From assembly GCA_963662275.1 (NCBI GenBank), contig OY759316.1:768001-832000 (forward strand): DNA of 64,000 bases. Direction: 5' to 3'. Shown piece by piece: positions 19,519-30,425 of this stretch (positions within the stretch are counted from its first letter, which is position 1; every line of letters starts with the position of its first letter). The notes beneath the pieces are model-generated. The model saw nothing but the letters and a program-made list of their open reading frames with translations. It had not been told where the DNA came from and searched no databases. Source of the DNA: Candidatus Cloacimonadales bacterium (GTDB lineage: Bacteria > Cloacimonadota > Cloacimonadia > Cloacimonadales > DAONDQ01). The translations under genes were made by a program, and so were the position numbers.

Positions 19519-20825
19519 CAGAACGACTGGAAAAGGTTTTTAAGAGTCTGCGCGGAAGAGGAGTTCTTACCGAACAGAATGTGAAAGATTCCTTACGCGA
19601 GATTCGAATGGCTCTCTTGGAAGCTGATGTTAATTTTAAGATTGTGAAGAATTTTGTTCTGGAAATTGAAAAAAGAGCGTTGGGTCAAGATGTCTTAAAG
19701 TCTCTTACTCCTGGACAACAAGTTGTAAAGATTGTCCATGAGCAACTTATTGATCTCATGGAGACAGGTACTTTTAAGGTTCAAATACATGATAATAAAC
19801 TGACAAAGATCTTGCTCGTAGGTTTACAAGGTTCAGGAAAAACCACGGCTTGTGCAAAACTGGCACAGTTCTTCCGCAAGAAAACCATCAAACCTATGCT
19901 GGTTGCATGTGATGTGTATCGACCTGCCGCTATTCATCAATTACAAATTCTTGGAAAACAACTGGATATTCCGGTTGTTACTGATGATACAAAAGATGTT
20001 CTTCGCATAGCTGACAAAGCTCTCAAAGAAGCAGAGAGGGAATCAATCAATCTTTGCATATTTGATACAGCCGGGAGATTGCACATAGATGAAGATATGA
20101 TGAAGGAAGTAGAGAATCTGAAACGGTTCGTGAAACCGGATTATACATTTTTTGTCGCTGATGCTATGACAGGTCAGGATGCCGTTAATGTAGCCCGAGA
20201 ATTTAATGAAAGAGTCAGTTTTGATGGTGTCATTCTTACAAAGATGGATGGTGATGCTCGGGGTGGGGCTGCTTTATCCATTAAAGCAGTCACAGAAAAA
20301 CCTATAGTCTTTATCGGTGTTGGTGAGAAGATTGGAGACTTGGAAGAATTTCATGCTGACCGAATGGCATCAAGAATCATGGGAATGGGTGATGTGTTAT
20401 CCCTGATAGAACGTGCGGAAGCAAATTTCGACCAGGAAGAAGCAGAAAAGCTTTCCAAGCGCTTGAAAAAGAATCAATTCACATTTACAGATTTTCTAGC
20501 CCAGTTGCAACAAATGAAGAAGATGGGTCCTCTTGATCAACTGATAAAAATGATACCTGGTCTTAGCCCTAAAATGATGGGAGATGTGAAGATCGACGAT
20601 AAGGAACTGAAGCATGTTGAAGCCATTATTTACTCCATGACTGAAAAGGAACGTGAAAATCCCGATATCATCAACGGTGCTAGAAGGTTACGCATTGCGA
20701 AAGGCAGTGGAAGAACCGTCCAGGAAATAAATCGTTTATTACGTCAGTTTGAACAGATGAAGAAAATGCTGAAAGGTTTCAATAGTGGCAAATTCAAACC
20801 TGGTCAGATGGGTATGCCATTTTAG
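19503..20825 (+). CDS. ffh: Signal recognition particle protein
   Basis: GLQGSGKTT, DTAGR, TKMDGDARGG, Met-rich M domain. Confidence 0.97.
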   Translation: MFGDLAERLEKVFKSLRGRGVLTEQNVKDSLREIRMALLEADVNFKIVKNFVLEIEKRALGQDVLKSLTPGQQVVKIVHEQLIDLMETGTFKVQIHDNKLTKILLVGLQGSGKTTACAKLAQFFRKKTIKPMLVACDVYRPAAIHQLQILGKQLDIPVVTDDTKDVLRIADKALKEAERESINLCIFDTAGRLHIDEDMMKEVENLKRFVKPDYTFFVADAMTGQDAVNVAREFNERVSFDGVILTKMDGDARGGAALSIKAVTEKPIVFIGVGEKIGDLEEFHADRMASRIMGMGDVLSLIERAEANFDQEEAEKLSKRLKKNQFTFTDFLAQLQQMKKMGPLDQLIKMIPGLSPKMMGDVKIDDKELKHVEAIIYSMTEKERENPDIINGARRLRIAKGSGRTVQEINRLLRQFEQMKKMLKGFNSGKFKPGQMGMPF

Positions 20826-20899
20826 AGATTGATGTTCTTGGGCTTCCGAACTCTGATTAGGCACATTATAGTTCATCATGAAGCAATTCTTATATTGCA

Positions 20900-22075
20900 T
20901 TATTCCAATAGTAACTTAGCTTCTATCAATTCATGAAATAAGGAACTAAGATTTCGTTCGAGGTTATCAATTGAATAGATATTGGTGATCTTCTTAAATG
21001 CGTTATCTCTAACCTGAACAAAATCATTCGGATGATCAACCACAAAATGAATTGCTTTTACAAATAATTGCTCGTTATCAAGCTGATAGGTAAATCCATT
21101 CTTTCCATGTTCTATAAGATCACCTACTCCCCCTACAAGGCTGGAAATGACAATCTTCCGATTTGCCATCGCTTCTATAATTGTAACCGGAGTACCTTCA
21201 TTCAATGAAGTTAATAGTAATATATCTATGTCGGCATATATAGGCTTCATTTCCTGGATAAAACCTGTGAATATGATTCTATCAGTTAGATGCGCTACTT
21301 TGATTTCCATTTCTAATTCAGCCTTCATTTCTCCATCACCGATCAGACAGAAGGTAAGATCATCTCGACTTTTGATTAATTCCTTAGCAATATCAAGAAA
21401 CATACGAGGGTTTTTAATGGCTGTCAATCTACCGATAAAGGCAATAATATGCTGGTTATCAGCAATTTTAAACTGTTTTCGGAATTTGCCCTTATCCTCA
21501 CTCTGATGGATGATATTTGAAAAATCAAAACCTAATGGGATGATCCTGATCTTTTTTTCGGTAACAATATTGAAATGAAGTAATTCATTCTGCTGCTGAT
21601 TGCTGATCACAATGATCCGATCTGATATTCTTGCCATCCATCTTTCGATTGATATTGAAACAAGAGTCATCATTTTACCAAAATAACCCCTAAAATTATT
21701 ACCATGAAAAGTATGGACTATGATCGGCACACCGCATAACCACGCTGATACTCGACCAACAAATCCAGCTTTTGCAGTATGTGTGTGGACTATATCAGGC
21801 TTGATTTGGCGGATGATCTTCATCATTTTAATGATGGTAAAAATATCTTTAATGGGATGAATGCTGCGACTCATTGATTCAATGTAGTATGGTTTGATTC
21901 CATATTCATCAGCTAAATATGTCATATCCGTCTCATAAGCTTCTATTTTTCCACTCAGGACATAGGACTGATATTCTTCATTGGTAAACAGTTTCGTTAC
22001 GAGCAGCGCATGAAATGAACCTCCGCTTATTCCTAAACGAGTGATGATATTCAGGATTCTAATCTGTCTATTCAT
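20900..22075 (-). CDS. Glycosyltransferase family 4
   Basis: PDIVHTHTAKAG, GRLTAIKN, SLNEGTPVTIIEAMA. Confidence 0.9.
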   Translation of the reverse strand: MNRQIRILNIITRLGISGGSFHALLVTKLFTNEEYQSYVLSGKIEAYETDMTYLADEYGIKPYYIESMSRSIHPIKDIFTIIKMMKIIRQIKPDIVHTHTAKAGFVGRVSAWLCGVPIIVHTFHGNNFRGYFGKMMTLVSISIERWMARISDRIIVISNQQQNELLHFNIVTEKKIRIIPLGFDFSNIIHQSEDKGKFRKQFKIADNQHIIAFIGRLTAIKNPRMFLDIAKELIKSRDDLTFCLIGDGEMKAELEMEIKVAHLTDRIIFTGFIQEMKPIYADIDILLLTSLNEGTPVTIIEAMANRKIVISSLVGGVGDLIEHGKNGFTYQLDNEQLFVKAIHFVVDHPNDFVQVRDNAFKKITNIYSIDNLERNLSSLFHELIEAKLLLE

Positions 22076-22082
22076 ACTACCA

Positions 22083-23258
22083 TTACTCGATTTCTTTCAT
22101 TTCATAGATCTGTTCAATTTTATCAATAATCTTAGGCAGCATATAGTTTTCCTTCACCGTCTTCTCCCCAGCTATCGCAATTTCTTTTGCTTTTTCAGGG
22201 CTTTGTTTCAGATACGTAATTTTTCCTATTAAATCATCTACGTCTTTAGGCTTCATTAAAAGTCCATTTATTCCATCAACAATAGCTCCATCAATACCTT
22301 GCCCTTGCACACCAATAACAGGAATACAGGCATACATCGCTTCCAAGTAAACAATACCGAAGGACTCGCTATAACTGGGCAGAACAAAAGCATCAAAAAG
22401 AGGATAAAGATTTCGGACAATTTCGTTTGGTTGCCTGGGAATCAAAGCTATATCGCTCTCAAGATGGTTATCTAGAATCAACTGTTTGAGGTGATCTTTC
22501 ATTGGACCACCTCCCAGTATGACGAGTTGAATATCATGATTATCAAGATTCAGCATTTTTACAGCTTCGATTAAAAAATCAAATCCTTTTTCCTGCACCA
22601 GATTACCAACTGATAAAATCTTATAACTCCCGGGTCTCATTTTACTCTTAAGATCATTCTTGAGATTGGATTCTGCAGGAAGAAATGCGGGTATACCATT
22701 ACCAATAACGGTGATCTTTTCTTCATCCAAATAAGATAGCAAATCTTGTTTTATCTTTGGATTTACTGTAAAAACATGCGTCCAATTGGAAAAAGATTTG
22801 AACATGGTTACTTTGTACAATATCCTGGAATATGGATTCTTAATCAAACGTGGGTGTGATTTGATATTATGGAGTGTTAAATATGTCTTTATCCTATTCC
22901 TATCCAATTCATTACGTAAACAGAACAACTCAGGTACATGACGGCAATCATGAACATGGATCATATCCGGCTTCCAGTCCTTGATAGTTTGTCTGATCCC
23001 CGGAATCACATCCCGGAAATAATCAAATACGGAAAGAAAAAATGAGACTTTATTCACCGGCGAATTCACGTAAAGTACTTCATAGTTAGCTTCAGGGTGA
23101 ACACTTGCCTGGTATTGAGCAGGATGATAAGAAGTAGTAGCAATCACTTTCACTTTATACCGTTTGGAAAGCTCATCAACTTGTTGTTTTACAAATATTC
23201 CAGCTACGGGATTTACTTCATCCGGAAACAAATCCGTTATGAATAGCAGTTTTCTCAT
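22083..23258 (-). CDS. Glycosyltransferase family 4 (TuaC-like)
   Basis: PVAGIFVKQQ, VGNLVQEKG, PSYSESFGIVYLEAM. Confidence 0.9.
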   Translation of the reverse strand: MRKLLFITDLFPDEVNPVAGIFVKQQVDELSKRYKVKVIATTSYHPAQYQASVHPEANYEVLYVNSPVNKVSFFLSVFDYFRDVIPGIRQTIKDWKPDMIHVHDCRHVPELFCLRNELDRNRIKTYLTLHNIKSHPRLIKNPYSRILYKVTMFKSFSNWTHVFTVNPKIKQDLLSYLDEEKITVIGNGIPAFLPAESNLKNDLKSKMRPGSYKILSVGNLVQEKGFDFLIEAVKMLNLDNHDIQLVILGGGPMKDHLKQLILDNHLESDIALIPRQPNEIVRNLYPLFDAFVLPSYSESFGIVYLEAMYACIPVIGVQGQGIDGAIVDGINGLLMKPKDVDDLIGKITYLKQSPEKAKEIAIAGEKTVKENYMLPKIIDKIEQIYEMKEIE

Positions 23259-23323
23259 TCATTATCCTCTTATTTAGACAATAAGCGTGATTTCGCATTT
23301 TTGTCAATGAACTTCATTCTTAA

Positions 23324-23378
23324 CTCTCTCAGGACTCTCTCAGGATTCTCTCAGGATTCTCTCAGGATTCTCTCAGGA
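23324..23378. repeat. 11-bp tandem repeat YTCTCTCAGGA x5
   Basis: Read directly; units at 23324, 23335, 23346, 23357, 23368. Confidence 0.9.
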
Positions 23379-23532
23379 CACCCTTAAATAATCCTTAGGA
23401 TTTTAGAGATGGTTGAGAGTAATTTGAGTTAGCATTGATTGTTTATTATATGTCGTTTTCATTGGATAAATCAGAAACCTACTTGGATGGAGTAGGGGAG
23501 TTATCAATGTAGCATGAAAGTGGTCGAAGGAT

Positions 23533-25278
23533 CTATGGAATGATATCGAATACAGTAACTTGTACTTTCCCTTGTCTCTTCAAAATCATGGCGTATTCTT
23601 TACCATACAGACATTTCTTCCTGGTTTGGATTAATTTTGCCTTAAAGAAATAAGCTCTTCTTGTATCATCGAGACAAATATCATTAGATTTCCAAAAGTA
23701 ATGATCAACGGGTAGGGAACGTAAATAAGCCAATGATTCCTGCTTTGCTTCATTCAAAAGATGTATGGGAAGAAAATCCGGATATTGTAGATTAGATGGA
23801 AAGAGAATCCAGTCCCAGAGAAGAAGTTCGTCCAATTCAGAAGATGACGGTATCAATGCTATATCACAAGGTTCATCAAGCTGCTCAGCAGATAACGTTC
23901 TTAAGAGAGTTCTCTGTTGTTCATTGAATTGATAGAAAGATTGAACTATCTTCGCTTTTTTCAGCCAGTCCTTGGTTTTAATGTCCTTTCCGGTAGTAAT
24001 GATATAAGAGGCAAACTCATCAAGCTTATTAAACCCATTTCCCTTTCTTAATTCAAAACAATCTCTAACAACACTGGGAAAGTGTCCTGAATTGATATAA
24101 GAATTCAAGACGATTTCCACGTTCTCACAAGATTGAATCTCAGCAAAGGACATCCATTTCGTAGATAGCACTCGATACGGAGGATCGGAAAGGTATTCAA
24201 TTCCATATTCATCAGTTTTCTTTGCCATGTCAGTTCCTGGAAGTATTTTCAAAAATCCTAGCTGCAGGTGATCGGGTTCCAGGATAAGAAGCTCATTGAT
24301 CGTTTCTCCCAGTTTATCTTTAGTTTCAAAGGGCAATCCAACAATAGCATCATAGTGTTGATGGATTTGCCTAATTTCCTTCAGCTTACGCAATTTCGGT
24401 TCAATCATTTCCCATTCACCTTGTCTTCCTATTTCCCGAATGGTTTGTGAATGTATAGATTGAATACCTATCTCAAACTGGAAGCGTTCCTGTGGGACGC
24501 TACCTAAAATATTGAAATCCTCTTCATCCAAATATAATGGATGTATCTCAAAGTGATACATGATATCGGGGGATTCTTCCTTGAGAAATTGCCAAATTTG
24601 CCTGGCGAAAGATTGATTTACATTAAAACTGCGGTCGATAAATTTAATAATGAAAGGTTCAAATGCCCATAATTGTCTAAGCTCAGATTTTATGGTTTCA
24701 ATATCCCTATATTGCAGATCCTGGTCTTCCCTTGAGGATAAACAGTAGGAGCAGTGAAACGGGCATCCCCGACTTGCTTCATAATAAACATACTTATGCT
24801 TCAAAAGCTCTTTATCACTGGACATATATGGAAATGGAAGTGTTAAAAAATCTGGATTAGAAATACGAAGAATCCTATCAGAATAACTGAAATCTGATTC
24901 TGCAAGTCTGCGAAAAGCTGTTTCACCGGCACCGCATACAATATAGTCAATCATAGGAAACTGATCAAGCCAATGTTCTGCATTATAACTAACTTCCGGA
25001 CCGCCGAGAATGATCTTGGTATGAGGAATTACCTTTTTTATTTCAGGAAGAAGAAGTTTCAATTGCATGGAATTCCAGATATAAACGGATATTCCAATAA
25101 CATCTGGATTAGATTCTACAATTTGAAGCAAAATGAGTAAAAGATCATCGTGAATAGTAAATTCTCTCATATCAATATCATGGCTAAAATTGAGCAAACT
25201 CGTCCGTAAGGCATAAATCGCTAGGTTAGAGTGTGTAAAACGTGCATTGAACGCAAGTAACATTATCTTCTTTTTCAT
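23533..25278 (-). CDS. B12-binding radical SAM protein (DUF4080-type)
   Basis: SRGCPFHCSYC CxxxCxxC; N-terminal B12-binding GISVYIWN...GGPEVS; start ATG 25278 with AAGGA. Confidence 0.9.
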   Translation of the reverse strand: MKKKIMLLAFNARFTHSNLAIYALRTSLLNFSHDIDMREFTIHDDLLLILLQIVESNPDVIGISVYIWNSMQLKLLLPEIKKVIPHTKIILGGPEVSYNAEHWLDQFPMIDYIVCGAGETAFRRLAESDFSYSDRILRISNPDFLTLPFPYMSSDKELLKHKYVYYEASRGCPFHCSYCLSSREDQDLQYRDIETIKSELRQLWAFEPFIIKFIDRSFNVNQSFARQIWQFLKEESPDIMYHFEIHPLYLDEEDFNILGSVPQERFQFEIGIQSIHSQTIREIGRQGEWEMIEPKLRKLKEIRQIHQHYDAIVGLPFETKDKLGETINELLILEPDHLQLGFLKILPGTDMAKKTDEYGIEYLSDPPYRVLSTKWMSFAEIQSCENVEIVLNSYINSGHFPSVVRDCFELRKGNGFNKLDEFASYIITTGKDIKTKDWLKKAKIVQSFYQFNEQQRTLLRTLSAEQLDEPCDIALIPSSSELDELLLWDWILFPSNLQYPDFLPIHLLNEAKQESLAYLRSLPVDHYFWKSNDICLDDTRRAYFFKAKLIQTRKKCLYGKEYAMILKRQGKVQVTVFDIIP

Positions 25279-25288
25279 GAATGTCCTT

Positions 25289-25361
25289 GTAGAGTCGCTC
25301 AACCTGAACTTCTCAAAATTCTTGTTTGGCGGTATGAGACGCTCGGGTTGAGCGTCTCTAT
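25289..25361. repeat. REP doublet (REPIN-like): decayed GTAGAGTCGCTCAACCTGAACTTCTC and inverted intact ATAGAGACGCTCAACCCGAGCGTCTC
   Basis: Perfect stem GAGACGCTC/GAGCGTCTC at 25336-25358 plus degenerate inverted partner starting with GTAG. Confidence 0.65.
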
Positions 25362-25487
25362 AAATACATTCAAAGCATTATTATTGAGTGTCAAGGACTG
25401 TTTTGCATACGAGATTTAATTTGACACATGCGCCCTTTTGAAAGAACTGGAGAGTAGATTTCTAATGAATTTAGAAATGGAGGTTAC

Positions 25488-27836
25488 ATGCCCAAGAAAG
25501 AACGGACGAGTGATTCAACTATGAACAATATGTATGATGTGATACCATTACGTCGAATGCTCGTACCCCCAACAATGATGGTTCCCTTACTTATCGGGAG
25601 AAGTGCAACGCTTTCAGCAGCGGATCATTCTCTCCGTGGAAATCACTATGTTTTATGTGTTCCCCAGAAACGGGAAATTGAAAATAAACGCAATCCTTCT
25701 GCTTCTGATCTTTACCGGTACGGTACTATTTGTGATATCGTCCAGCATTTTCCTCTTCCTGATGGAAATATGCGTCTGCTGTTACAGGGACTATTCCGCG
25801 TGAAAGTAGATCGTTTCACAAGAATCGGAGATCAGCTTCGTGCCACTTATACCTTGGCTCCTAAAACAGGTATGCTCATTGGTCCTCGTACCACTGCCTA
25901 TATGCGCAATCTGAAAAATGCCTTTGAAACATATGCGAAACTGAATAAGAATCTTCCTGACGAATTGATGAAGGATTTTGAGAATCTTACTGAACCAGAG
26001 GATTGTTTTTATTTCATCCTGACATACATCGAACAGGATCTAAAAACCAAAGAGCGACTTTTCGAGATTGATGACCTTGATGATAGTATCCAAGCTCTTC
26101 TGCGCGTATTACATACGGAAATTGAGATCATGAAGTTGGAACGTCAGATTGAAGGTAAAGTTAAACAGACTCTAAGTAAATTGCAGAAAGAATACTACCT
26201 TACCGAACAATTGAAGATCATCCATAAAGAGTTGGGGATTTCCAAGGAAGCTGAGGATGAATTGATAGAACTTCGCAAGCTTGTGGAAAAAGCTAATTTA
26301 AGTCCAGAAGCTCGTTTGCACGCCGAAGAGGAATTAAAGAAACTCTCTCGTCTAACACAACATGCCCAAGATTATAGTGTGATTTACAGTTATGTAAATT
26401 GGATATTGGAATTGCCCTGGGATCTTAAAAAGAGCAAGGATATTAACCTGCAAACTGCTGAAGATATCCTCAATGAAGACCATTATGGATTGGAAAAGGT
26501 CAAAGATCGCATTGTGGAATATCTTGCCGTCTTGAAGATGTCACAAAAAACGACTGGGCAGATACTATGTTTTGTCGGACCTCCCGGTGTTGGTAAAACT
26601 TCTTTGGGCAAATCTATTGCACGAGCCCTTGATCGTGATTTTATTCGCATATCTCTTGGTGGTGTGCGGGACGAAGCAGAAATTCGTGGTCATAGACGTA
26701 CATATGTAGCTGCTTTACCTGGGGTGATTATGCAGAGTATGAAGAAAGCAGGAAGCACTAATCCGCTAATCATGATGGATGAAATCGATAAAATGAGTAT
26801 GGATTTCCGTGGTGACCCTTCCGCAGCTTTGCTGGAAGTGCTTGATCCGGAACAGAACTTCAACTTCCGTGATCATTATCTTGATTTCGGATATGATCTT
26901 TCCCATGTGCTATTCATAACAACAGCCAACCATTTAGGTTCAATACCACGTCCTCTGATCGATAGAATGGAAATCCTCTATCTGCCAGGTTACACACAAT
27001 ATGAAAAATTGAATATAGCCAAACGCCATCTCATTCCAAAGCAATTGGAAAAACATGATGTGGCGGGAAGAATTGATATTGAATTTGAAGATCTTTCCAT
27101 TGAAAAGATTATAGCGCTTTATACACGTGAAGCTGGGGTGCGTGAACTTGAACGTAAAATATCCGCTGTTATCCGCAAGATCGTCAAAAAATACATGAAG
27201 GATAACGCCCAAACAATCTATAAAGTAACGCCGATCGATATTGAAACTTACCTTGGTATTCCCGAACATCTCTATTCTGAGATCAATCGTGAAGATGCCA
27301 TTGGTGTTGTCACTGGTCTTGCCTGGACATCTGCAGGGGGGGAGACCTTGCAGGTGGAAACTGTCAAAATGAAAGGTGACGGAAAGATCAAACTGACCGG
27401 TAATCTTGGTGAAGTGATGAAAGAATCTGCACAGGCTGCTTATTCCTTTGCACGTAAACATGCAGGTGAATACGGTATTGAAGAGGATTTCAATAAAAAG
27501 TATGATGTCCATCTTCATATTCCTGAAGGTGCTATTCCCAAAGATGGTCCTTCTGCCGGTGTGACAATGGTGACATCCATCGTTTCCGTGCTTTCTGATC
27601 GACCCGTGGATCATAATATTGCTATGACAGGTGAGATCACGCTCTCTGGTAAAGTACTTCCTATCGGTGGCTTGGCTGAAAAGATGATTGCTGCCAAGCG
27701 TGCCGGCATTACTACTCTCATTATTCCGGAAAAGAATCGACCCAGCCTTATTGAGATTGCTGCTGAAATTAAAGAAGGTATGACGATAAATTTCGCTGAA
27801 ACAATCGATGATGTACTTAAATTAGCTCTCAAATAA
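25488..27836 (+). CDS. lon: ATP-dependent protease La
   Basis: GPPGVGKTS, DEIDK, PKDGPSAG, PIGGLAEK. Confidence 0.97.
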   Translation: MPKKERTSDSTMNNMYDVIPLRRMLVPPTMMVPLLIGRSATLSAADHSLRGNHYVLCVPQKREIENKRNPSASDLYRYGTICDIVQHFPLPDGNMRLLLQGLFRVKVDRFTRIGDQLRATYTLAPKTGMLIGPRTTAYMRNLKNAFETYAKLNKNLPDELMKDFENLTEPEDCFYFILTYIEQDLKTKERLFEIDDLDDSIQALLRVLHTEIEIMKLERQIEGKVKQTLSKLQKEYYLTEQLKIIHKELGISKEAEDELIELRKLVEKANLSPEARLHAEEELKKLSRLTQHAQDYSVIYSYVNWILELPWDLKKSKDINLQTAEDILNEDHYGLEKVKDRIVEYLAVLKMSQKTTGQILCFVGPPGVGKTSLGKSIARALDRDFIRISLGGVRDEAEIRGHRRTYVAALPGVIMQSMKKAGSTNPLIMMDEIDKMSMDFRGDPSAALLEVLDPEQNFNFRDHYLDFGYDLSHVLFITTANHLGSIPRPLIDRMEILYLPGYTQYEKLNIAKRHLIPKQLEKHDVAGRIDIEFEDLSIEKIIALYTREAGVRELERKISAVIRKIVKKYMKDNAQTIYKVTPIDIETYLGIPEHLYSEINREDAIGVVTGLAWTSAGGETLQVETVKMKGDGKIKLTGNLGEVMKESAQAAYSFARKHAGEYGIEEDFNKKYDVHLHIPEGAIPKDGPSAGVTMVTSIVSVLSDRPVDHNIAMTGEITLSGKVLPIGGLAEKMIAAKRAGITTLIIPEKNRPSLIEIAAEIKEGMTINFAETIDDVLKLALK

Positions 27837-28076
27837 ATGCGTTTTAGATTTATCGAACAGACTCAACTTCATGATGGAACCCATCGTTTCCTCCTGGAAG
27901 TTGAGCCTGCTGAACTTGTCATGGTAGGCTTCCTGCTTGAATCCTTTGACGGTTTGTTCAATTACACTACAATTGATGATAAGAATTCTCTTGTCCAGGT
28001 TGATTTCCTGCCCGATGCCTATGAGGATGGAAAGAATATGCTCGAGTTTATGAAGGAATGGGAATGCGGAAGGTGA
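27837..28076 (+). CDS. Small hypothetical protein (DUF4911-like)
   Basis: Abuts lon stop; GFLLESFDGL...TID motif. Confidence 0.6.
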   Translation: MRFRFIEQTQLHDGTHRFLLEVEPAELVMVGFLLESFDGLFNYTTIDDKNSLVQVDFLPDAYEDGKNMLEFMKEWECGR

Positions 28077-28166
28077 CAGGTAACAGGTCAAATCCTGGCT
28101 CATCGCCTTCGCGAGGACGACAAAACCTGAAACCTGCTACTACATGTGTGTTCTTCTCTGCAATTT

Positions 28167-29141
28167 TTAATTTTTAATTTTTAATTCTTCTACCTTCCCG
28201 CCCAAGTTCTTAACAAATGCATAATCAACTTTCTGCAAATGCGGTTTTGTCTTTCCTGCATCCAGGTATTGCACGACCAGAGCGGGTGGATTATCATACA
28301 CAGAGACTTGTACATAGCCTGGCGGAACATAGCCAATTGGATGCGTAATTGACCCAGTGTTGATGACTAATGCACCATGATCCTCATAACCGGGTACTAC
28401 TTTCCTACTGAAGAAATGCGTTGTAGCAGACAGAACAAGGTCACACTTCTCCATGATGATCTTCTTCTGCTCAAGTAGCAATTGGTCAATCCAGAAGCCA
28501 TAGCGAGAATGAGCACACACAATGATGATGTCATGCTCCCGTTTATCTATCTGCGAAATAAGAGATGTCACATACGCCTTTGATTCACTATTAAATGCTA
28601 TCGTGTCTTCAGGTGGCTGATCAGGATAATGCAGTTGAACCAGGTGAATAGTCCAGCCATTTACAGGTATCTTCGCATAATATTCAACGCCATTATACCG
28701 TATCTGGACATTTGGGTTATTCTGTAATTCGACTTCTTTGAAGAAGGCTCCTCCTGCTCCCCAATCTGCTTGTCCTTTCCCATAATACTGATTTTCGCCA
28801 TCTGCAGCACAGGGATAAAAATGAGAATGCCACCAGATGTTCTTATGAAGGAAAGTAATGAATTCAGCCTTCCCAACTGCCTTCACATGATCACCCAATC
28901 CAATAACGAAAGCATCATTATCTTTCTCCATCCATTTGACCATATGCTGAAATGGCTTCTTGGAAGAGGGAGCATCGCCTTCATTGTCACTGAAGATAGC
29001 AAAATTGAACGCTGCGCTCCTTACCAGTTGTTTATATGATGTTGACTTCTGCCACGTATTTGTGGCTGTAGATGTTGTGTTTTTCGCTTGTAGGAGAAGA
29101 ATAACAGAGAGAAAGCAGAGGTATATGAAGAATTTCTTCAT
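28167..29141 (-). CDS. Secreted calcineurin-like metallophosphoesterase-fold protein with altered motifs
   Basis: Signal peptide; FAIFSD, LGDHV, AHS and NTGS in the expected order. Confidence 0.55.
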   Translation of the reverse strand: MKKFFIYLCFLSVILLLQAKNTTSTATNTWQKSTSYKQLVRSAAFNFAIFSDNEGDAPSSKKPFQHMVKWMEKDNDAFVIGLGDHVKAVGKAEFITFLHKNIWWHSHFYPCAADGENQYYGKGQADWGAGGAFFKEVELQNNPNVQIRYNGVEYYAKIPVNGWTIHLVQLHYPDQPPEDTIAFNSESKAYVTSLISQIDKREHDIIIVCAHSRYGFWIDQLLLEQKKIIMEKCDLVLSATTHFFSRKVVPGYEDHGALVINTGSITHPIGYVPPGYVQVSVYDNPPALVVQYLDAGKTKPHLQKVDYAFVKNLGGKVEELKIKN

Positions 29142-29153
29142 ATGAATTGCAGG

Positions 29154-30425
29154 TTATTCGAAATAGAAGATGGCTTCGATCGGATTGATCTTTGCCGCTT
29201 TTAAAGCTGGATAAAGACCTGACAGAAAGCCTACCAGGAGGGAAAAACCTATACCGATAATAATCCCTTGCGCTGGAATTGGCATAGCCAGATGTACCAA
29301 TGAAGAGACAATTTTAAGTAGCACCGAGGCAATCACAATGCCAAATAAAGCACCTAAGCCGGCAAGAGTGATGGCTTCCATGATAAAATAGAAAAAAATA
29401 TCACCTTCCGTAGCTCCAACGCTTTTTCGTACTCCAATTTCAACCATTCTTTCATTGATAGAGATTAAAAGTGTACTAAAAAGACCAATACCTCCAACGA
29501 TCAATGAAATAGAGGCAATAGCAAAAAGTGTGATGTTCCATTTTTTGAAAGCGCTATTCATCTCAGTTGTTATTTTTAACAGAAAATCACCTATATTCTG
29601 AAATTCAAAATTCTGGTACATTCCGCGTTGAGCCAGGAGAATCTGCCTAGCCCTATTCTTTAATGGCGTATAGGAAGCATCATCCTTTGCCTGGAGATAA
29701 ATGTAATCCACAGCATTATGTGATCGAAGGTACTTAGCACCGGTTTGCAGCGGAATATACACGGCTTCCAGGTCATTCTTGCGTTCCCAGCTATTGAAAT
29801 CCATACCAGCTTTGTTCATTTTATCCATATTCAAAACTCCCACAGCCCGGTATCTCATGCTGCCTACTGTGACGAACTGACCTAAGGGATCGATACCTTT
29901 GAAGTATTTTTGAACAAAGTAATAACCAAGAATACAAACCTTCTCCCCGGTATCCGTTTCAAAAGAACGGAAAAAACGACCGGATTTAAGAGTATATGTT
30001 TTATTCACGAAAAAGCTGTTATTTGTAGCTTTCAATTGGACTATTTCGCGTTTTTTATTATTCAGGTAATTCTGCCGTTCTTCTATCATACCATAGATAG
30101 ATTTCAGATCCAGTTGCTTCTTTAAAGCTTCATAATCAATAAGACCTAATGCCCTGACATTTTCCTTTGTTTTGATGAATGCTTTTTTCTCACTGTTTTC
30201 CATTACTATACCAAAATATATATTTGAACCGGTAATCAATACAGACCTGTTCCAGCCCATGCCTTCCATATTTGATTGAATGAGCATTTTCAAGCCATAG
30301 ATAGAAGAAAACATGGTTACAACAGCCATGACACCAATGACAATACCCATCAGTGTGAGCAAGGATCTCATCTTATGTGAGAAGATCGATTGCAGACTGC
30401 TGCGCAAGCCATCGTAAAGATGCAT
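29154..30425 (-). CDS. MacB/FtsX-type ABC transporter permease
   Basis: HKMRSLLTLMGIVIG, ERMVEIGVRKSVGA, LYPALKAAKINPIEA. Confidence 0.92.
   Translation of the reverse strand: MHLYDGLRSSLQSIFSHKMRSLLTLMGIVIGVMAVVTMFSSIYGLKMLIQSNMEGMGWNRSVLITGSNIYFGIVMENSEKKAFIKTKENVRALGLIDYEALKKQLDLKSIYGMIEERQNYLNNKKREIVQLKATNNSFFVNKTYTLKSGRFFRSFETDTGEKVCILGYYFVQKYFKGIDPLGQFVTVGSMRYRAVGVLNMDKMNKAGMDFNSWERKNDLEAVYIPLQTGAKYLRSHNAVDYIYLQAKDDASYTPLKNRARQILLAQRGMYQNFEFQNIGDFLLKITTEMNSAFKKWNITLFAIASISLIVGGIGLFSTLLISINERMVEIGVRKSVGATEGDIFFYFIMEAITLAGLGALFGIVIASVLLKIVSSLVHLAMPIPAQGIIIGIGFSLLVGFLSGLYPALKAAKINPIEAIFYFE

Noticed and set aside
26940..27614. 224-aa minus-strand ORF
   Set aside because: Fully antisense to lon with no motifs.
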